A program made the position numbers and the translations under genes. A model generated the notes under the pieces. The model did not search any database, was not told where the DNA came from, and worked only from the letters and a program-made list of their open reading frames with translations. A stretch of 49,034 nt of DNA, from IMG/VR virus record IMGVR_UViG_3300028587_000009, positions 1 to 49,034 of that record. One strand, given 5' to 3'. The DNA comes from a virus (Duplodnaviria; Caudoviricetes). This document shows, in pieces, positions 44,385 through 49,034 of this stretch (positions are counted from its first letter, which is position 1; every line of letters begins with the position of its first letter).

Positions 44385-44440
44385 GCCGCCGTCCACCACT
44401 AAAATACTCCTTTCTAGAGTAGAAATCAAGGGGCGGCGGC
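44385..44440 (-). promoter_or_regulatory. Possible promoter enclosed in a GC-rich inverted repeat
   Basis: GCCGCCGTCC/GGGCGGCGGC arms flank TTGATT-N17-TATTTT (44429-44401). Confidence 0.4.
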
Positions 44441-44457
44441 GATTCCGGTAGTCAAAA

Positions 44458-44742
44458 TCAATTGCCGGGGAAGATTAGTAGTGGTATGAACTGTGGCTCC
44501 TCATCCTTGGGCCAGGTGAGGGGATCATACTCCATGATGCGACCATTGCGGAGTACGTACCGTTCTGGTCGGGAGTATCTAGGGTAGTTAGAATCACTAT
44601 CCCTCTCAGCCTTACCGTAGAACTCTATCTCTTGTAACTCCATAGGCTCGTAGTCAGAGTGTAGCCTGTACATAACCCCGATGACCGTGTCCTGTGGGTA
44701 CTTCTGCAGATGCTCGATCAGTTCCTTTACAGTGATCATCAC
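44458..44742 (-). CDS. Hypothetical protein, paralog of 41036..41332
   Basis: End-to-end similarity to 41036..41332. Confidence 0.7.
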   Translation of the reverse strand: MMITVKELIEHLQKYPQDTVIGVMYRLHSDYEPMELQEIEFYGKAERDSDSNYPRYSRPERYVLRNGRIMEYDPLTWPKDEEPQFIPLLIFPGN

Positions 44743-45008
44743 ACAATTCTCCAGTGCTCGGGAAAGAAGGTAGGCTTGCGCTCAGGTGCCACCTCGATGC
44801 CACTCAGTCTCATCCGGTTGTGGTAGGCACAGAACCATGAGGCTATGTCCTGTTGGTTCTCATTCCACGACCGGACGGTGGTGAGTATCTCTTCGTACGC
44901 TTCGTGGTTCATCTCCAACTCATTGGCCCACTGACCCGGCTTCACTTCCACTATGAAGTACAGGTTGTTGGTTATGGTCCTGGTGGGGTCGTAGTCTCTG
45001 GTTGACAT
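44739..45008 (-). CDS. Hypothetical protein
   Basis: RBS GGAG; tight packing. Confidence 0.6.
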   Translation of the reverse strand: MSTRDYDPTRTITNNLYFIVEVKPGQWANELEMNHEAYEEILTTVRSWNENQQDIASWFCAYHNRMRLSGIEVAPERKPTFFPEHWRIV

Positions 45009-45017
45009 TGAACTCTC

Positions 45018-45437
45018 CTAGAAGTCGATGTCGGGTGGTGTGATAACGTCTTCGTCTTCGTTTGGGCCTTGCTCCTCACTATCATGAGAGCTGTGCTCAT
45101 CAACAACGCCGTTGGTTCCCGGATGTTTCCAGGGTGAGGCAGTCTGCTGACTATTCTTGCGTGGTGGCCTGGCGTTTTCCCTAGATTGGTTCTCCTTGGC
45201 CTGTGCCTCACGCTCTTTAGTAAGGCAAGGGTTGGACCAGCTGATCCTGGCACTGTCGTAGTACATGCAGATCCACAGCCCACCCCTACCCTTCTCCAGT
45301 GCTGAGTAGACCAGGGTGCCGTTGTCGAAGCACCGGACCGTACCCGCCTCCTGATCATGGTTGGCCTTGCACCCCACGTTCTTCAACCGGGTGATCATCT
45401 CCTTCACCTCGGCCTTTGTCATCACTGATACTGGCAT
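45018..45437 (-). CDS. Hypothetical protein
   Basis: RBS GGGAG; tight packing. Confidence 0.6.
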   Translation of the reverse strand: MPVSVMTKAEVKEMITRLKNVGCKANHDQEAGTVRCFDNGTLVYSALEKGRGGLWICMYYDSARISWSNPCLTKEREAQAKENQSRENARPPRKNSQQTASPWKHPGTNGVVDEHSSHDSEEQGPNEDEDVITPPDIDF

Positions 45438-45449
45438 GTCATATCTCCC

Positions 45450-45815
45450 TTAGTACTCATCCAGGTCGAACTCGTAATCACCGTCCACGAAGGAGTCGGT
45501 GCCGTCGTGGTCATACTCCTCTTCAAGGAACTCTTCTTGTTCCTCCCAGCATCTCAGGTCATCGTCGTACTCGGCTCTCGTCTCGTAGATGGTAGCGAAG
45601 GTGCTACCCGTATAGCCTACGCAGTGGTCGTTACCGAACGTACCCCAGTAGATAGTCAATGATTCCTCATCACCGACGAACCACTCTCCACTAAGGGAAC
45701 CGTACTCGTACTGTTGGTTACGGAACTCAAAGTCATCTGCTAGTTCACAGATGCTCTTCAGACCGGCATTGTTCCAGTCTTCAACGTGGTATGCTCTGAT
45801 CGTAGTCGTGCCCAT
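45450..45815 (-). CDS. Highly acidic hypothetical protein
   Basis: RBS AAGGAG; D/E-rich throughout. Confidence 0.65.
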   Translation of the reverse strand: MGTTTIRAYHVEDWNNAGLKSICELADDFEFRNQQYEYGSLSGEWFVGDEESLTIYWGTFGNDHCVGYTGSTFATIYETRAEYDDDLRCWEEQEEFLEEEYDHDGTDSFVDGDYEFDLDEY

Positions 45816-45829
45816 TCTCTGTTGCTCCT

Positions 45830-46021
45830 TTACTGTAGGTTCTTGTTGAAGTCTTGAGGGTGCGGATACATGAACATACCCGACTCTATTGCCTCGTCCT
45901 GGTTATCGAAGGGACCGATGAGCATACGCCCATCGTCCACGTACCACTGATTGTCAGACTCACTCATGACCACCGTCCATATCTGGAACATGATTGCACT
46001 CCTGTTTACTCTCCTAATCAA
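45830..46021 (-). CDS. Hypothetical protein (start probably ATG near 45991)
   Basis: CAGGAG precedes an internal ATG. Confidence 0.5.
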   Translation of the reverse strand: MIRRVNRSAIMFQIWTVVMSESDNQWYVDDGRMLIGPFDNQDEAIESGMFMYPHPQDFNKNLQ

Positions 46022-46252
46022 TCAACTCACCTTCTCTACTCTACGGTCACACACGTCACAGCCACTTAAGTACCCTATCCAGTGTGTGTATTCTAGTGCC
46101 AGCTCTGCCTCACGTATGGTACGGAACCTTGCCAAGCGTTCGTTGTTACTGTAGACACTCCACCAATAGTGTCCTGCCCTGCACAGGTATAGCCTCTCGG
46201 CCTTGCGATTGGGTTCCCTATTTCGGGTCAACCATCCTGTTATGATGTGCAC
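46022..46252 (-). CDS. Hypothetical protein
   Basis: GGAGG RBS before GTG. Confidence 0.5.
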   Translation of the reverse strand: MHIITGWLTRNREPNRKAERLYLCRAGHYWWSVYSNNERLARFRTIREAELALEYTHWIGYLSGCDVCDRRVEKVS

Positions 46253-46384
46253 TACTAATCGCCTCCATCGTTGTCACACATGGTACTATCCTCCAGAGAA
46301 CCGGGGTGGGCGATACCCCGGAGTTAGGTTACTTACTGATCTACTCTACGTAGCAGTCCTTGCCCATCTCTAGTCTCCTCGGGT

Positions 46385-46600
46385 TCAACTGTCGTCCACG
46401 TTCTCATCTAACACGTCTTCAATAGCAAGCACCTCGTCGTTGTGTGGACAAGCGTGCCGCTCCGCTAGTTCTCTGGAGGAAAATACCCTAACACAGTCCA
46501 TGAACATGGTGTAGGCTCCCTCCTCTACAGTCTCATACTCACTGAGGCAGCGGTAACGCTTGCTTAACCTGTGTTGTATTAGGAACATTGCTACCTCCAT
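46385..46600 (-). CDS. Hypothetical protein
   Basis: GGAGG before an internal ATG. Confidence 0.55.
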   Translation of the reverse strand: MEVAMFLIQHRLSKRYRCLSEYETVEEGAYTMFMDCVRVFSSRELAERHACPHNDEVLAIEDVLDENVDDS

Positions 46601-46644
46601 CGTGATTGCTTGTTGTTCATACTGTTGCTATCATTCATAGAACC

Positions 46645-46848
46645 TCAGTTTACCTGCTGGAACTGGTCGAACTCTTGACCGCTGATCGGCAGCCGCTTCA
46701 TCAAGCGAACGAACCGGTGAACGTCGGCCATCTTGTCGTTCACTATCTGTTGGTTGGTACCGTGTGTAGACCAGCCATAGGTCTCTCGGTAGTACGGCAC
46801 AAGTACTCTGCTAATCCACTTGGCTATGCCAGGTGTGTAGTGGTCCAT
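46645..46848 (-). CDS. Hypothetical protein
   Basis: Tight packing in the small-gene array. Confidence 0.55.
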   Translation of the reverse strand: MDHYTPGIAKWISRVLVPYYRETYGWSTHGTNQQIVNDKMADVHRFVRLMKRLPISGQEFDQFQQVN

Positions 46849-46856
46849 TACTACCC

Positions 46857-47087
46857 CTAGAAGGTGTCTTCGTCTATGTCCTTGGGCTGAACCTTGGGTA
46901 GTGGTGCCTCAGCCTTTGGTTCCTCTTCAGGAACTACCCTTGCCGGAGGCATCAACTCTGACGCCCTGACCTTACGCTCCAGGTCACTGATCTTCCACCA
47001 CAGCATGGTTACGATGATCATTATGGAGATCATGGCCATCGTGTTGACGATCATGTACAGACTCACAAGGAACTCTTGGTCTTTCAT
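46857..47087 (-). CDS. Small membrane protein
   Basis: Single TM helix; ATGA overlap. Confidence 0.6.
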   Translation of the reverse strand: MKDQEFLVSLYMIVNTMAMISIMIIVTMLWWKISDLERKVRASELMPPARVVPEEEPKAEAPLPKVQPKDIDEDTF

Positions 47088-47296
47088 AGCACGTCTCCAG
47101 TATAGAAGTCTAGCCAGCTAAGGTATTCGTAGCCGTCGGTTGGTAGTCTACCGTGCACCATCTTGAAATGACGCACGCCGTTGTAGTACCCCTCTACAAG
47201 ATCGTATGCGTCACCGTCGAACAAGTCACCTATGTCGGTGAGGAACTGAGGCATTACAGTAATGATCCATTCTTGTATGGAGGTGTCGTACATCAC
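47084..47296 (-). CDS. Hypothetical protein
   Basis: Tight packing. Confidence 0.55.
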   Translation of the reverse strand: MMYDTSIQEWIITVMPQFLTDIGDLFDGDAYDLVEGYYNGVRHFKMVHGRLPTDGYEYLSWLDFYTGDVL

Positions 47297-47303
47297 TAGC
47301 TAC

Positions 47304-47567
47304 TTACTCGGGGTCGGTGTTGATGAACTGGTCAAGCTCTGCCTTGTCGTTAGGCAGCCGTTGCTTGCAGAACCTGAACGAGTTGGTATAGTAGAACAGG
47401 TCGTCGTAGCCACTACGATCCAGACTAATGGCGTACTCACTCCAGTCCTCGACGTGCTCCAACATCCACTCATGAACCGGTGTGTAGTACTGTTCTCGTA
47501 CCCTGTTCTCTACATCACTACGGTTCCGGTTCTCGTAGTGCATCAGGTCACGGTTGGTCTTGCTCAT
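47304..47567 (-). CDS. Hypothetical protein
   Basis: GGAGG RBS; ATGA overlap. Confidence 0.6.
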   Translation of the reverse strand: MSKTNRDLMHYENRNRSDVENRVREQYYTPVHEWMLEHVEDWSEYAISLDRSGYDDLFYYTNSFRFCKQRLPNDKAELDQFINTDPE

Positions 47568-47770
47568 CGCTCATCCTCCGGTTTGTGTACTATGGGATCA
47601 AGGCGACACTCTTCTTCTGCCATCCTTGCAGCTAGTTTGCACGTCAGTCTAGCGTCCTGCTCACCACTACCCTTGCCTATTAGGTCCACCCACTTGCTAC
47701 CGTCGTGCCACTGGGGGTAGTATCCCTTGCTGAACGTCCAGGCGATACGGTAGTTGTACTGCTCACCCAT
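47564..47770 (-). CDS. Hypothetical protein
   Basis: GGAGG RBS; TAATG overlap. Confidence 0.6.
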   Translation of the reverse strand: MGEQYNYRIAWTFSKGYYPQWHDGSKWVDLIGKGSGEQDARLTCKLAARMAEEECRLDPIVHKPEDER

Positions 47771-47877
47771 TACTCTCCTCCCTCATAGATGTCGTTGTCC
47801 ATCTCTACCACTATTACGGTCAGTGCTGCTAGTCCAAGCAGTGTGACCAGCACAGCCAGTACGATTGTCAAGAGCAT
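47770..47877 (-). CDS. 35-aa single-TM peptide
   Basis: MLLTIVLAVLVTLLGLAALTVIVVEMDNDIYEGGE; GGAG RBS; not in the ORF track. Confidence 0.5.
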   Translation of the reverse strand: MLLTIVLAVLVTLLGLAALTVIVVEMDNDIYEGGE

Positions 47878-47929
47878 GGTATTACTCTCCAGAGAGGGGG
47901 GCCGGGCGATAGCCCCAGGTTAGGACTGG

Positions 47930-48109
47930 TTACGACGGGTAGGTCAACTGCTCGATACGCTGGGCGATCTTGAATCGCCGTGCCTTGCGTCGGTCACTCA
48001 TCAGCTTGACTCGCTGTCGGCTGTCGTTGCGTGAGCTACCAGTCCTGGTGTGGGTACGGTGAATGCTCATCGGCTCGCGGGTGGACTCGATGCTGTTGTC
48101 GTACTGCAT
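47930..48109 (-). CDS. 59-aa basic protein
   Basis: CAGGAG RBS; MQYDNSIESTR...RRKARRFKIAQRIEQLTYPS; not in the ORF track. Confidence 0.5.
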   Translation of the reverse strand: MQYDNSIESTREPMSIHRTHTRTGSSRNDSRQRVKLMSDRRKARRFKIAQRIEQLTYPS

Positions 48110-48156
48110 GTCTAGCTCCTGTGAAGGGCGATGGGTATAGGGCGACTAGGGTTGGG

Positions 48157-48369
48157 TTACTTGCTCTTCGGGAACACCTGCTTGACCTTACCCGCCAAGG
48201 GTAAGACCTGTCGGACCTTGCCCTCATCCATGTTGTAGCCGACCAGTTCGGCAGCATCCAGTTGGTTGTTGTGGTACGCTGCCTTCAAGTCACGGAGGTT
48301 ACGGTAGGTCTGGCCCACGAACTTGCCGTGTCGGTAGCCAGAGAGATAGTATCGTGTCTTACGTGCCAT
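48157..48369 (-). CDS. Hypothetical protein
   Basis: CAGGAG RBS. Confidence 0.6.
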   Translation of the reverse strand: MARKTRYYLSGYRHGKFVGQTYRNLRDLKAAYHNNQLDAAELVGYNMDEGKVRQVLPLAGKVKQVFPKSK

Positions 48370-48422
48370 GTTATAACTCCTGTACTGGTAATGGGTTGCG
48401 TCGTTACGTCGTTGGTTAGGGG

Positions 48423-49034
48423 TTACTTACGGGACCACACCACACTGATGTACTTGCTCCCCTTCTTGATGAAACGCTCGCCGTCGTCACCCTCTGTAAC
48501 CTTGAACGTAGGCTGCTTACCAACTGGGATGTACCTGAACCTCTTGCCCTGCTTCACCCGGTAGTAGAGATCTCCCTCATAGTTGGGCTGCTCTGCCTGC
48601 TCGATTGGGGTAGTAGCAACCTGCCCGACGACGGGTTGTTCTTCAACAACTGGCTGCTCTTCGACCGGCTCGGTAACCCCGTTCACCGACTGGATGACAA
48701 GCACCACTTCACGCAGTACCTCTGGGGTAGTGACTGGTGGCTCTGTGCCAGGGTCATACGACTCGATGCTGCACAGACCCGATGGCATGGATCGACTGAG
48801 CATCTCGTTGCGTCGGGCATCGACCGCCTCCCGCTGTTGCCGGTAGTAGGACATGGCTGGTAGGGCGAGCAGTGCAGAGATCGTGCTCATCAAGAACTGC
48901 CAGGCATCGGCTATCACCTGGCGGTCAGCTCTCTGGAGGAAACCACTGAACATGGCACCCAGGTACATGTCGAGGGTGGCGTCGATGCGGGAGAGGTTGG
49001 ACTCGTTGCTGCTGTAGATGCGGTTGGTAGACAT
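48423..49034 (-). CDS. Hypothetical protein (may extend beyond the window)
   Basis: 203-aa ORF reaching the window edge; short VEEQPV repeat. Confidence 0.55.
   Translation of the reverse strand: MSTNRIYSSNESNLSRIDATLDMYLGAMFSGFLQRADRQVIADAWQFLMSTISALLALPAMSYYRQQREAVDARRNEMLSRSMPSGLCSIESYDPGTEPPVTTPEVLREVVLVIQSVNGVTEPVEEQPVVEEQPVVGQVATTPIEQAEQPNYEGDLYYRVKQGKRFRYIPVGKQPTFKVTEGDDGERFIKKGSKYISVVWSRK

Noticed and set aside
46255-46281. 8-codon mini-ORF MCDNDGGD-TAG-TAG as an amber-readthrough target
   Set aside because: Readthrough meets TAA within a few codons and is out of frame with the next gene.
1-49034. Genome-wide TAG reassignment (genetic code 15) suggested by the CUA tRNA
   Set aside because: Long conserved genes are uninterrupted in code 11, and several end at TAG followed by an RBS and a new start.
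1-49034. Lysis cassette, integrase or att site
   Set aside because: None is recognisable. The window is partial (no head or terminase genes), so their absence is uninformative.

Overview
Fragment of a tailed dsDNA phage genome with a siphovirus-type tail module. The host is probably a Planctomycete (Gemmataceae-like protein families, CsrA); this is inferred from recalled family motifs, not a search. Positions 1-16.8 kb (+ strand, late genes) carry the tail tube, a tail chaperone with a -1 frameshift, the tape measure, tail-tip/fibre proteins (C1q-like; LamG plus Ser/Thr repeats), and a six-enzyme glycosyltransferase/methyltransferase/radical-SAM cluster. Positions 16.8-49 kb (- strand, early/middle genes) carry a primase-helicase, a thymine-hypermodification cluster (dUMP hydroxymethylase-like, aGPT-Pplase1-like, FkbM MTase, DUF3310-MazG), class II RNR, PolA, two ParB-like proteins, exonuclease/Sak4-like ATPase/putative SSB, CsrA, family-4 UDG, RuvC, UvrD-like helicase, HNH and many small ORFs. 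The most unusual signals are: (1) a ~600-nt ncRNA operon with a CUA (amber) tRNA, a structured RNA and two tandem D-armless tRNA-like RNAs with a 6/6 acceptor/T helix; (2) a non-palindromic 12-mer, TCCTCCAGAGAA, present in at least 9 exact copies on both strands; (3) a four-way-junction RNA ending in ACCA upstream of the putative SSB gene. All product calls come from motif recognition by eye; no searches were run.
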